From: Paraphysomonas bandaiensis
Lineage: Eukaryota > Protista > Chrysophyceae
Length of the DNA: 64,000 nucleotides
Direction: 5' to 3'
NCBI GenBank assembly: GCA_965644295.1
Contig: CBFFRP010000362.1
Span: 321,217 to 385,216, forward strand
Shown here piece by piece: positions 25,341 to 38,300 of this stretch. Position numbers and translations under genes: made by a program. Numbering within the stretch: the first letter of the stretch is position 1; every line of letters begins with the position of its first letter. The notes below the pieces were generated by a model. The model made no database searches, was not told the origin of the DNA, and saw only the letters and a program-made list of their open reading frames with translations.

Positions 25341-26135
25341 TTATTTGCGGAGCATATTGTAAACTGCTTGAATCATATCAAGCTGGATTACGACCTGATA
25401 GCCAAATGATGTATACTCTGCTTGCGATTCAAAATTAATATATGCCTTCCCTTTTATACCGGAGTAATAAGAAAGAGATCCATCATTGGTTACAGTTTCA
25501 TTGTTCTGCAAGACAATGTTGTACCCCTCAGAAGACAGCGTAGCATAGACATCAGGGTCGACCACATAGAAGAAGTCACTAGGATTGGAGCCTTCCTCAA
25601 TATACACAGCCGACGCATCTTGATCATAGGGACCTCCAGGGAGGTAACTATCAGCTCCATATTGTCCTCCATTATTATGGAGAGCCAGAACAGTGTTTTG
25701 ATTGTCGAAGTCATATATATCGAGTACAAATTCGGCCAATTCAGCTACTTCATTAGCAGCATCTGTTGAGTACGGACCATATTGCTTGAGCGAGGCCTCA
25801 ATGCCTTCCGGTGTAAATATACGATTAGGATCCACACTGTACATAATGCCATCCATATAAAAAGACACAAGTCGAGAATTCCCTTTATCAAACTTAACTA
25901 AACTACCACCGCTAGAGAGCAGAAGAGAGCGAGCAGCTACTACAGATGTATTCTCATTCTCGTGTAGGTTTAGAAAAGCAAGACTGGTACAAGACAGACA
26001 CTTCTCAGGTACAGGAAACGTCTCCCTTGTTATGTTAAGCAGAGTGTCTCCTACAGACACTTGAAAGCTCTCCGTTACACCTGTGTACTTAGACAAGGCA
26101 GAGGTGAGGAGTAGTGACAAGCACAGAGTAAACAT
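25341..26135 (-). CDS. Secreted bacterial-type Zn-metallohydrolase (M14 carboxypeptidase-like fold)
   Basis: Signal peptide, LHENE (HxxE), DPNRIF, LALHNN, DGSLSYY and YINFE motifs. Intronless. Confidence 0.7.
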   Translation of the reverse strand: MFTLCLSLLLTSALSKYTGVTESFQVSVGDTLLNITRETFPVPEKCLSCTSLAFLNLHENENTSVVAARSLLLSSGGSLVKFDKGNSRLVSFYMDGIMYSVDPNRIFTPEGIEASLKQYGPYSTDAANEVAELAEFVLDIYDFDNQNTVLALHNNGGQYGADSYLPGGPYDQDASAVYIEEGSNPSDFFYVVDPDVYATLSSEGYNIVLQNNETVTNDGSLSYYSGIKGKAYINFESQAEYTSFGYQVVIQLDMIQAVYNMLRK

Positions 26136-26223
26136 GATGGAGGAAATGGTGCTTGTATTTAAGTATTAATACATCACCTCATAATAAATGCTGCTACGAA
26201 TATACATGTGTACCAGTATAGTG

Positions 26224-26475
26224 TATGTATGTATGTATGTATGTATGTATGTATGTATGTATGTATGTATGTATGTATGTATGTATGTATGTATGTATGT
26301 ATGTATGTATGTATGTATGTATGTATGTATGTATGTATGTATGTATGTATGTATGTATGTATGTATGTATGTATGTATGTATGTATGTATGTATGTATGT
26401 ATGTATGTATGTATGTATGTATGTATGTATGTATGTATGTATGTATGTATGTATGTATGTATGTATGTATGTATG
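26224..26475 (+). repeat. (TATG)63 microsatellite
   Basis: Perfect tetranucleotide array between divergent genes. Confidence 0.98.
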
Positions 26476-26646
26476 TGTGTGTATGATTATGTTCTTGTTG
26501 TGGTTGTAGTTTCTATGGGTTGCATATCTAGATATCGCCCTGTCACTGGGACATTCTTCATGTACCTTACTGTATCATGAATGCAGATGGCATGATCTTG
26601 CATGTATTTATAAGTGTGTTTGTTATGTAGTATGGTGTATAGAGGT

Positions 26647-27790
26647 ATGGTTATGTTCCACAGGCGACACCGCTCTCGTCAAGTCTTCCTCGGCACTGGT
26701 ATACTCTGCACAGTGTCTGTAGTGGTAGCAGCTTCTTGGGAAGTTCGAACCCGACGTGCGAGACTCATCAAAGATCTCCCGGATGTGTCTGATTTGGGTC
26801 GGTCTGCTCGATCTCTTATAGACGTGTCTGTTAGATCGAGTCTGATGGGATCCAGACGTAATGTTTCAGATGAAGTAGATTATATCAGAAAGTGGCATAG
26901 AGAGAGAGGATATAATGGCGGAATTGTTTTGCGTGAAGTGAATACACCATTATACATACCGTCTGACGTTGAAATAGATGACCTGGGAGAAGAAGTCATA
27001 AACCCTGTAGAATTCACCAAGGACCACGACTCACGCCATTGTTACTATATGTATTATGAAGTTCACAGCGATGGCCGTATTCGGCAGCAAATATTTTGCC
27101 GTGGAACTACACTCCATGAAGACATATATACCGACTTGAAGGTGGTATATGTGTATGACGAAGAACTGGGGTGCCGGTTGCATTTGGGATTCAAGCAGCA
27201 CGCAGACCGCATGCTGGAAGATCTATACCCTCTTCTCGCCCATCAAAATCCTCGGGCAACGGTCGAACTGGCGGGTCATTCTCTTGGTAAGCGTCCACAC
27301 TGTTCCCTTACTACTTGTATTTGCTCACGTTTTTTGATTAGGTGGTGCAGTTGCATTGATTGTGGCCATGAAACTCCGGAAGAGAGGACACAGGGTTGTT
27401 CGTGTAACCACATTTGGTTCCCCACGCCCTTGTGATAGTTCTAGCGTGTCCACCCTCTCTCCTCTCCTTCCTCCTGATACACTACGAATAGAGAGTGACT
27501 ATGACATTGTCCCGTTATTCCCTCTTCGAGGGAAGCCACTTGGAAATAAACTCTGGTTCATTAATGACTCTGAGGGATCTATCAAGTTTGTCCCATCATA
27601 TTTAGCCCAAAAAGAAGCATCGTGGGTGGATTCTTTCATGTTTAATTTTCGCATCCCAGAGTTACTATTTAATGCTTCAACGGCACATAGAATGAGGCAT
27701 TATAAGTCGAAATTGGAGCTGCTGGATATTGAGTTATCAAGTAAATATTCTGGAAGTAAAGATTCCACCAATTGCTATAATGATATGTGA
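26647..27790 (+). CDS. Class 3 lipase (alpha/beta hydrolase), 2 exons
   Basis: IFCRGT, LHLGF, GHSL|GG nucleophile elbow split by a GT-AG intron, TFGSPR, YDIVP, AHRM. Confidence 0.9.
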
Positions 27791-28381
27791 AGGTGGGCGC
27801 GTATGAAGTTAGGCACATCTTTTTAGTTATTGCATTACGGGCCCATTTTTTTCTATTTTACTGTTATTTTTGAATTATTCACTCACTCAAAAACAAATAA
27901 GCAATAAAAATACGTAAATCGTTTGTTGGATTCTTCAGTCACAATGTGTGATAAATGGGTGTAAGAACGACTAGGTTTATAACTAAACTAGATTAGATAT
28001 TTACAATTTACACCTAAATTAGTGTGATTAGGTTCTTGAACACTTAAACAGTATTCAATATTCCCCGAAACCAATGAATGAATGAATTCATTAATAACCT
28101 CACTAGTCCTAGATGAAAAGTTACAATGTACAATCATATACTAAGTACAAAGTAGGCTGGTCACTATTTCTCAGTATAAGCAACACATTACCTACAATTC
28201 ACGCATGATATCTCTACTCTCTACATCTTTACTACATACGTCTCCTAATAGTCATCATACTTCAAAACATTTTTAAAAGATGTACCATAAGTGTACATTC
28301 AATACCACTGAAAATATATTCTACATCGTGTGCAATACGGGTCAGTTCCATTCCTAAAATTCTCTAGATCTGACATTATAT

Positions 28382-30292
28382 CTACTGTGAGCTTTTATTG
28401 TGTGCTATTTCAACCATCTCTTCTATTGAGGTAATCTTCTCTCTAGGTTTCGGAGGATCACACTTTTGGCCGCGGCTCACCTCTTCACGATCAAGATTTA
28501 AGTAGTCGGACCAAGTAACGACGTCATCTTCTCCATCTACAGGAACTCATAAGCACGAGAGGCTAAATCGTGAGCGGCAAACACACCTTTTTTAATGGAT
28601 TTGCACTTCAGGAGAAACTCTCCAGGGTCTTCACAGTTGACCGGCTCAGTACCAACTATATCGTCCAGTACACATGCCACTGTCTCCTTGGCGTCAGTGA
28701 TATCTAAATACCAGAATAAACTCCTTTTAGTGGTATATCGCATAAGTGGATCGCATGTTAGTCATTACAACGAAAGATATACTACACACTTCAATACGTA
28801 CACATGTGGGTATCGGCGCAACTTACTTGTTCCTATAATACCAGTTGGGCCCCGCTTGCACCAGCCGGTGACATAAACTCCCTTTTCGACTGGAGAATCT
28901 TCGAGTAACGATTCGGTGTCCACATTGTGTTTTAAAACCCTTCCTTTAACATTGGGCACTGTGTGTGTCACTGGATGTAGTTGTAGACTACTATCCTTTA
29001 GAGGAATGGTTCTGTAGCCTACTGATGTAAGTACTAAATCAGCAGGAATACTTTCGAATTCTCCTGTTCCATGCGCTTTTTGCTGATGAGCTTCCCCAAC
29101 TAATTTGCACTTCTCAAACACTACACAAGAGGATGTGGATCCATTCGCTGAATCAATTCTCACAGGGGATAATAAGAAACGTAGACGAATCAACCTCTTG
29201 CTTGAGTTCTGCAATTGTCTCGAACTTGAATCGGTGGCAATTTGTTGTAGTAGTTGCGTTAGCCGCTTGAGTGGACGTTTCTCAGAAATCTCTTGCGTTG
29301 TTGCTGGATTGGTACCACAATCTATCTCTGTTTGATCAATATGCACGTTAACATCATCTATCTTCGTCAATTCCCTACGAAAACCGTTAGAGCTAGGTAT
29401 TACACCAATAAAAATTAACTATATACACTCTACAACATCATCCGTACCTTATTTCCTTAATCGTTCCTGCTATCTGTGCATGACCCCTTCTCCCGACTAT
29501 GTGGATCTCCTTCACAGAACTCGACTGAAGAACCTCTACAGCCTGTGAAGTAATATCCGTGGATGCCAACTCAGTTGACGACTTTGCAAGAACACGGGCA
29601 CAGTCTAAGGCAACGTTCCCTTGTCCAATAATTACAACTGATTTGACTTTATCAAGATGTAGCTGGTCTCCAACTTCGGTGAATTCCGGATGGCCATTGT
29701 ACCAATTCACGAAAGTACGCGCAGAAAATACATTAGCTAAATTTTCTCCAGGAATATTAAGACTTCTGTGCCCTTCAGCTCCATAGGCAAGAATAACCCC
29801 GTCATAGCGGGCTCGAAGATCAGTCAGTGTAACATCTTTACCCACTTCAATATTACCAAAATAGCGAAAATGATCTGATTTGGCCACCTGATTCCTCATA
29901 TCAGTATAACAGATCACATATAACATATGATATATATACATATCACACCTCTGCGAACTGATCGTTAACTGATTTAACCTCAGGATGATCTGGAGCCACT
30001 CCGTACCTCACTAATCCAAAAGGAGTGGGCAGACGATCGATAATATCTACCTTTAGACCAGTGTTCGTAACCTTATTGTCTAGTAAATACTTTGCAGTAT
30101 AGAAGCCTGACGGTCCGCTACCTGTATGGGTGATATCATATATGTATATGTATATAACTTCTAAGAGATGTAGCATTGTATGACATGATACTACTGTACA
30201 TACATACCGACTATGCATACTCGATGCAAGTTCCTTGCATGCTGCATGTATACCGTGCGGGGCGGATGCGTAAGACGAGATAGGCGGTGCAT
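28382..30292 (-). CDS. FDXR: Mitochondrial NADPH:adrenodoxin (ferredoxin) reductase, multi-exon
   Basis: Arg-rich presequence, VCIVGSGPSGFY, PFGLVRYGVAPDHPEVK, IIGQGNVALD, GWCKRGPTGIIGT, KPREKIT. Confidence 0.95.
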
Positions 30293-30380
30293 TGGAGTAA
30301 TGAAAGGTGAGAATTGATTTAAATATATTCCTAAGAATTACAGATATGAACAATGATTGATGCCCACACACACAGCCAAG

Positions 30381-30381
<1 letters not shown>

Positions 30382-30411
<30 letters not shown>

Positions 30412-30697
30412 TGTATGTATGTATGTATGTATGTATGTATGTATGTATGTATGTATGTATGTATGTATGTATGTATGTATGTATGTATGTATGTATGTAT
30501 GTATGTATGTATGTATGTATGTATGTATGTATGTATGTATGTATGTATGTATGTATGTATGTATGTATGTATGTATGTATGTATGTATGTATGTATGTAT
30601 GTATGTATGTATGTATGTATGTATGTATGTATGTATGTATGTATGTATGTATGTATGTATGTATGTATGTATGTATGTATGTATGTATGTATGTATG
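30382..30697 (+). repeat. (TATG)79 microsatellite
   Basis: Perfect tetranucleotide array between divergent genes. Confidence 0.98.
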
Positions 30698-30815
30698 TAC
30701 AGGTAGGTAAGTAGGTAGGTATGTTTTGTGGAGGTATATGATCATATGTAGTGCGTATATATCTAGATATCATATATATAGAGAGAGAGTAGTTACGTCA
30801 ATATTACTCCTCACC

Positions 30816-31809
30816 ATGGCATTTAAAATAAAGAAAAGTGTTGTACACACGGCGGTATGCTCGGTTGTGTCTCTTACTATTGTGGTGCTAGTGATAACTC
30901 TCCTAGCTGTGACAGTTAATCGTGAGGTGGGCCAAGAGGAAATAGTGGTACCCTATGACACATATTCCATGAAATTCTACGGGACTAAAGAACAGGGGAA
31001 GTATACCACAGGTTTATATGAGTCACACCTGGATCGGGTTGTTGTGATATTGTTATGTAGGTGTGGGCGTCAAGTGGTATACCTTCAAACGCAACTTACG
31101 CAATTTAAATGTGGGAAAAATTAGCTGCCTGAGCAATGATAAGATTGAGATGGTTTTGGATGTCAAAATTCAGATTATTATGGACAAAGACGCTCTAAAG
31201 CGAGTTGTATTGAAACAATTTAAGAATGGGGATGGGCATACTGAGTTTTTGAGATTTGTGGCCAGAAGTTCAATTATTTCGACATGTTTAAACTCCACAG
31301 CCGAAGAGTATTACTCTGAACGCAGAGGAATTGATGCTGCTATGTTTGAAAATTTGCAGCGAGACATAAATGACTATGATTTTGGTGCTACGGTTGAATT
31401 CTTCCAATTGGAAACAATCACTCTTCCAGATGCTCTCATTGATGTCATCACAGGTAAGCTTCTCGATTACATTTGATTTCACGGCTTATACCAGCATAAA
31501 TTAGAAAAGCAAAACATCGAACAGGATATCGTAACTGCTAGGAATGACCGTCAAAATGCTATCATTACTGCGACTACTGCGCTACTGAAAGCGGAGCAAT
31601 CTGCCCATGTGACCGTTATTGAAGCCAATAACACCGCTGTCATTGTACGAAATCGAGCGCTTCAGACCGAATCTATTATACAGACAGAATGGGGTAATCG
31701 GGCAATTGCTTATCAGAGTATTGTTGACGGTTTGGATTTGGATGAAGAGGAATTTCTGGAGTATCTTAACTCAGAATTATTGCGGCAGTCTAGCCGTGTG
31801 ATTGCGTAG
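30816..31809 (+). CDS. SPFH/Band-7 domain membrane protein, 3 exons
   Basis: N-terminal TM segment, SPFH-like core (CLSNDKIEMVLDV, YYSERRGID, FFQLETITLPD) and an A/E/Q-rich coiled coil. Confidence 0.75.
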
Positions 31810-32740
31810 TAATAGAAGTTACCACGCTATGAAAAATGTACTTCTGTCGCCATATTAATGTAGATCAGTTTATTGTATGATAATACTATGAGCTGTTCTT
31901 ACTGATTGAGAAGATTTATGTGTATTATTAATTTATCATGAGATACCATCATAGTATATCTATTTTTACGAATGCCTACTTGGTTGGAGTTGTGGACAAT
32001 CTATAAGTATGATAATCCTATCAATTAATATTGACCTCATGTACGTGTCTGTATTATCAAAGCAGTTGAGTCACTATAATGTTGATATACCGAAACATCT
32101 TTGATAAGAAACAAAAAATTTGCTGCGTGTGTTTTATAGGCTAGACAGATGATTATACTTCAATAGATAGAGCTGTATATACAAGCTATTTAACATGGTC
32201 TCGCACACATTTCTAGTACATTGATATTTGCTATACCGAATAAAAAACGTTAAAATCTAGTGAATTAAGAATTATTACTCAGACTTAAGTTATATGATGT
32301 AATAATAAGATTAAGTGGCTAACGATAACTGATGATCAATTAGAAGAAAACAGAGCCAAAGGGTACGTTATTTCTACAACAGATGTGTTGGAAGAGTTGT
32401 ATTTACATCGGAATATTTTTGTGAATATGTAGAGAAGCAGGAAACACATATAGATGTATGGACTTGTGCAAGTCTGCATGTCCTTACAAAAGATATGATT
32501 ATCTCAGCATATAAATACATACGTACACATGCATGCGTTTGCTGCAAATTAGCGACAAATCTTGAGCATATATAAATTTCACGTAATCTCATAGTTCATT
32601 ACAGACAGTACCATCTAGTTCTCATTATTGCTTGCGCTTGTAACAGAAGAGCAATAACAGTACATACAATGAATAAACTGATTATTACCCAACAGCCCTA
32701 TAGTAGTACTCCAGCTCCACACTCTACTACTCTAGTTCCA

Positions 32741-33202
32741 CTACTTATTACCAGATACTAGCCGGGGGGCTCTGGAGCTAAAAGCCATTTCTGATGCATT
32801 TCTCTTTTTACCACGACTGAGAGCATTGCGCAGTAAGTCGAGCTTATCCACTACCCCATCTGCATTGTCTTCTTTTTCCATTTCAAACACGGTTTCATGA
32901 TGTAAATCAGCACATAAATCAGCGACGTATTCGGACTGAGCTTTCACTGCGCATTCCAAATGCTTTACTCCACGTTTCCCTCCAATGTTAACAGGCATAG
33001 TGCCATACATATGTACAATTACTGTACACACACAGACAGTAACTGTATAACGATGTATTCTCAAGGTGATAGACTTCTGCAGTAGGAATTCCTACAGCTG
33101 GACAAACGTATAGCGATATACAGTGTCTTCTGCTGTATAGTTGTAGAGGTATACGTGCGGGACAGTGCTGGAATGTGCTGGCTGCTCTGTATATCTATCC
33201 AT
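32741..33202 (-). CDS. Small hypothetical protein, probably spliced
   Basis: ORF 32741-33064 is extendable via a GT-AG intron to the ATG at 33202. No family recognised. Confidence 0.45.
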
Positions 33203-33327
33203 ATACATGTATGTACTGGCTCTCTTAGGCTTGATCATATATACTGTACATGTAACTATATAGAGACATGTAGAACCTTATCGACCTGTAGATAGTCATC
33301 ACCATCTCCATCTCTTCCATGTAAACC

Positions 33328-35043
33328 ATGCGAGACTCCACATCATTCAAACGCACCACCTCCCGTATCTCTCCCTCTCCTTCTCCCTCCTTATCTGTAG
33401 ATATTAATAAAGAGATTGAGAGACATCGTGTTGAGTTACATCTATTCGATCATGAGAGCTCATGGACATCTCTGAGAGCTCAATCTATAACCACATGTAC
33501 TATTCTTAAACAACATCAACACAGGAGTGTTACAGGGGACATGATAGAGGACAGAGTCCGTCAGATAACAGCTGTTAATCCATGGCTGTCCTCTCGTCTT
33601 AAGATAGTCAGTAGCGGTGTTAAGGCTATATATAACTCACAAGCACCGAGAGATATAAAGGTTAAAGAAGAGAGATTACGGAAGTTTAATGCGCAGTCTT
33701 ATCAAGCGATTGTTGATGCGATAGCACCGTTTCGTGTGAAAACTGGAAGAGAATGTGTCGATACGTCGGAGTTTTTATTTAAAGTAACACTACTCACTGT
33801 ACCTTCTCTGAGTGGTGGAGATATTGAAGCTGTCGTTATAGTGGTTTCGTTGTCTGCTGTTCTCGGAGATGTTCATACGTATTATCAAATTTTAAATATG
33901 CTACAACCGTCTGCGGATTTAACAGCTCTAATCCCAGAGCGTATTGTGGAGCATCCAATATTTGTGAAGGATCACCTTGGAAAAGCAGAAAACGATTGGT
34001 TGGGTTCGGGGACGTTTCGCATGGGTGAAGTGCTGAGTAAACTTACTAGCATGAAATCTGTTGCAAATGTGTATGAGGTGGACACAACAGATTATATCCA
34101 GCAACGTAAAACTGAAAGTAAGCAAGAATACGATGAGCGGGTATCTACACACGATATCCTTACCTCCTGGTTTATGGCCCATTGTGGTTGCACCACGGGT
34201 TTGATGTACATTGACTTCCGATGGAGAGAAGAGCGACTGACAGCCTCAATGGCTGGAAATTACTCCCACCGAATAATATATCGTCCGGACGACTATCAAC
34301 GACCTGGTTTAATACGGCGGTCAATTCAGACACTACAGCGATGTGGACGACACCCCCAAGTGTCGAGACGAAAAGAGAGCTATTTCGTTTCTGTGTTCAC
34401 CCCGTTGCCTGGAATTGTGAGCACACTGCGAAATAATACTGCTCTTGTGTCGAATTGGAAAACTAGTGCATGCTCACTACGTTTCCAGAACTGTTCCCTT
34501 ATTCGACATCTACCAGTAATCGATTTCCAGGAGGAACCGTACAAGAACTATATGGTTGTGTTTTCACCGATGGATGGGAAGACTGGTGTCATCATATCTA
34601 CACGTCACAGATATCTGAAGTTTCCCATAGAAGGGCATCACACTCCATTGTGGGACAACCTCCTCACGCCGGAGTACCCTAAGCGGCGTATGGACGTGCA
34701 ATTGGCGGAGGAAATAGTGGAGAAAGAGAATGAACCCGAAGAGGAAAAAGTAAAAGTTGAGGAAGAAGTTAAGGTCGATGATGAAGTAGTTACAGAGGAG
34801 GTGGAGGAGAAGGGGTTGGTTGCTCCTGTGTCATACCCTAGTATTGTTGATCTCCACCCTTTAAAGGGAGTTTCTCCATTGCCACCGATATATATTTTGC
34901 CAGAAACTGAAAATACCATAGAATCTGAACCGAAAAAGAAAAAGAAGAAAGAAAAGAAGAAGTCGAAATCGAAGAGAAAGGATAAGCCAGTTAGTCAAGG
35001 AGAGAATATCGCCTCTGCTACCACAGCCGAACAGTCTCGTTAA
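33328..35043 (+). CDS. CoA-dependent acyltransferase/condensation-fold protein with charged C-terminal tail
   Basis: NPWLSSRL, SLSAVLGDVHTYY (HxxxD position degenerate), RVSTHDILTSW, AGNY and SNW motifs. Confidence 0.65.
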   Translation: MRDSTSFKRTTSRISPSPSPSLSVDINKEIERHRVELHLFDHESSWTSLRAQSITTCTILKQHQHRSVTGDMIEDRVRQITAVNPWLSSRLKIVSSGVKAIYNSQAPRDIKVKEERLRKFNAQSYQAIVDAIAPFRVKTGRECVDTSEFLFKVTLLTVPSLSGGDIEAVVIVVSLSAVLGDVHTYYQILNMLQPSADLTALIPERIVEHPIFVKDHLGKAENDWLGSGTFRMGEVLSKLTSMKSVANVYEVDTTDYIQQRKTESKQEYDERVSTHDILTSWFMAHCGCTTGLMYIDFRWREERLTASMAGNYSHRIIYRPDDYQRPGLIRRSIQTLQRCGRHPQVSRRKESYFVSVFTPLPGIVSTLRNNTALVSNWKTSACSLRFQNCSLIRHLPVIDFQEEPYKNYMVVFSPMDGKTGVIISTRHRYLKFPIEGHHTPLWDNLLTPEYPKRRMDVQLAEEIVEKENEPEEEKVKVEEEVKVDDEVVTEEVEEKGLVAPVSYPSIVDLHPLKGVSPLPPIYILPETENTIESEPKKKKKKEKKKSKSKRKDKPVSQGENIASATTAEQSR

Positions 35044-35355
35044 TTGTTTTTACTATTATCTTATGTATTTATCTTTGTGATATTGTATTTGGATGTATTA
35101 CTTGTATGTATTTGAATTGTTCTTTAATGAAATTTTCTATGAACGTATATTATTCTCAGTAGTGGCCCACATGAGTAGACATTGTCCTACTTACTACAAT
35201 ATTTTAGCAATAACGCTGAAGACAATGACGAATATAAGGAAGCGAATACTAATTGTTTGAGTAGTGCCGCTATATTAATTTAGTTACACTCATTATGCAC
35301 TTTCAAGTTAGTAGTATAAACAATAAACCTCTATTATTTGAAAGCGTAATCATCG

Positions 35356-38300
35356 TCACATCGAGTTAGTACTGCACTGACTAGTTTTGACAGAATCTAC
35401 TGTACTTGGAGAATCACAACTTGCTCTTTCGAATTCTTCTACCCATCTGGTTATATCTTGCAGTTCAGGGGAATTTATATGATAAACGACGTCATCCATC
35501 AGTAATGTATCTGTTGATTCTGACCCGTCAACACTTGAATTACAAAAGTTTTCCATATGCTTTTCCAAATCTTTACTGCTTTTGCCGTGCCGTATGTCTA
35601 GACCATTTCCTTCTACATTTGACTCTTCCATCAATGCACTATGTTGATTGGCTTTGCTGTCGATTTTACTATCTGTACCGTCACTTGCAGAACCGTAACC
35701 TGACAAGAGACTGCAATTCCAATCGGTAAAGCACACAGATAAGAGATCAGATTCACTCCTGCAACGAGATAGGACTTCAGAATGAAAAGTATATTGGTCA
35801 CACGAAGCTCGGACAGGCGCACTTAATGGTCTTGGAGTGTTATGACATGAAGGTGAATTAAAACTGCTTGCACTAAGTTGATTTAGGCTGATCACAGATG
35901 AAGGGTGCGTTACAATTACAGGAGGAGAGACACTCTCCTCCATAGAATACAAGCTTTCGGTGCGACTGCTGTCATCTGTGTCACTGCAATCCGATTCAAC
36001 TGCAGGGGTTTCTCCCAAACGAGACCCTGAGCGATCAGATGAATTTTCAGACAGGAAGTGAGTGTAGTCATACTCTTGCTCCACTGAATTCCGTCCAAAG
36101 CGAAAGTACCTTCTTTGTAATGCAACTTCCATTGGCTGAAACTCCTCTGGGGTGTCTACTCGAGGTCCAGAGAAAATACTGAACAAAGATGAAACAGAGT
36201 TCCGGCAACCAGAAAGCAGATGCATTAGTGCTGGCATGTGACTAGTTGTTTCGGCCTTAGGGTCTGCACTTTCCTGAGCGAAAGCATTCATCGAGTGTTC
36301 ATTCACATTTGTACATGCCTCAACGTCCTCAACCTTGCGGACGTTATCACTCACGTGGAAGATAATAAGCAATATCAACGACAGCATACACATGAAGAGC
36401 GTAAAGTCAATCAATCTTGATCCAATGGTATACATCATAAGAGCTCCAATTGCACTGTGCAGTAGCACCGGTGTCGCACATATCATAGCCAGAATGGCCT
36501 TCACTGCAAGAAGTATATACAGCACTGGGACTAACCATGACGAGTTGACAGTTTGGACAATTTCCCGACTGTATCTAACGTGATTTAAAGTGAGACTGTC
36601 AAAATCATCAGTTAAACTAGACACTGTGGGACGACGAGCACTACTGGATATCTGAACTGCATCCACTGGGACAGAATGGCTTGTATTAGTGACCCCATTG
36701 TTGCAGAAGTAATCTTCATCGCTACATTTCTCGTCGATGTCTGAAGAATGGGGGGGTTGGCTGATGGCAAGTATTGCATTAATTGAGCTTCGTGAAGTTG
36801 GCAGTAGTTGATGGGATCCATTGCATCTGTTAATTTGCATTTCTGTAATCCTGTCTCCTATGCTTCCATTCTTTGGTGATGTTTCGTCGGATGGATCGTA
36901 CTTTTCTTCTGTTGATTGAGTCGTATGGATTGGTAGGTCTCCTCGTAGATTTACAACATGACCGTCCTGCTCCATATGATGAAGCATGATGTCACTTAAA
37001 CTCCTTTGACGAGATGTACACACGGCATTATTGCATGCAGAAACTTTCGTGTGACTCGGAAGCATATCAATGCTGTTGTCGTTAACTTTGAGGCTCGACA
37101 CCACAGAAATCTTGCATGTCACAAATACAAAAACAAAAAGCACCATGCCACACAAAACCTAAAAGGGATAAATTAAACCATTTTTAACACTTCCACCGAA
37201 TACCTGTAGCCATTCCCATCCATCCATTAACGTTAGATTGAAGTGAAGTAACTCGCCGCGGATCCATATCTGAGAAAAGACAACTATATACACAACAGTC
37301 ACGGTGATCCCCGTCATCGCAGTTATCTACACAGTCGTATTAGTACAAATTACAAGTCCACATGTTGAAACCATACCCGTGTTGCCAATTGAGAAAATAT
37401 ATCAGTTGTGCAGCTGGAACGCAGTGGGCCTCGCAGTGACAAATCCCGAAACATATGCTCAATAGCACATGCTGTCATATGACATAAATAGAGAACAATA
37501 CGTCCAATAATTACGGTAGGAGAGAAAATTTTAGTGAAAAACAATACATGTGCAATGAAACACCAATATAAGTCAACAAATATGTTCGTACCACTCAAAA
37601 GAACTAAAGGAATCGTAAGAAAATGACAGAACACTGTTGTATTCCACAATATGAATGCACCCTCGACAGACAAATCTTCATGTAACCAGTAGTAAAAGGA
37701 AAACTCTAAGCATAGAAAGGATCGAAATGGAATCCAGAAGTACATAATCACCACCAGTATTGACGACACTATTCTATGAAACAAAAACGTAAGATTACGG
37801 TGACTAATAAGCACAAAAGCGATATACTTTGCGGTCTACAAATATATCGGAATTTGTTCTTACCTCATAGATACCACGAACATTACAACGACTACCACTA
37901 TCGTCAAAGCAAGCAATGCTCCCGCTGTGATACCATAGTCTACAGGGAAAGTAACATCATGAAGTCTAAGGTAGCTGATCCGACGTTCGATGGCCACGGG
38001 AAGCTGACGAATTACATATAACGTATACACCGATTTCTTGAGTACGTATGCACAAAATATCACTGTAAGAACTGGCACCAAAACTATACCTACTTCCACG
38101 TATCAAGAATGAACTAAAATATATAGCGTACAAAACCTGCACCGCCATATATTGCACCCCAAAACCCTTGATCTCGACTACAGTCACAGACGTGCTTACA
38201 TGTGCGTTGGGCGCCTATGCGGGTTTCGGGACCGGATGGACTTGGTGTTATACTAGCTGTCGGCGTGGCTGTCGGAGTGCCAAAGGGTGGATACCCTGCA

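Noticed and set aside
15778-30773. ORFs of (MYVC)n and (HTYI)n
   Set aside because: Translations of the stop-free TATG/CATA microsatellites, with no coding evidence.
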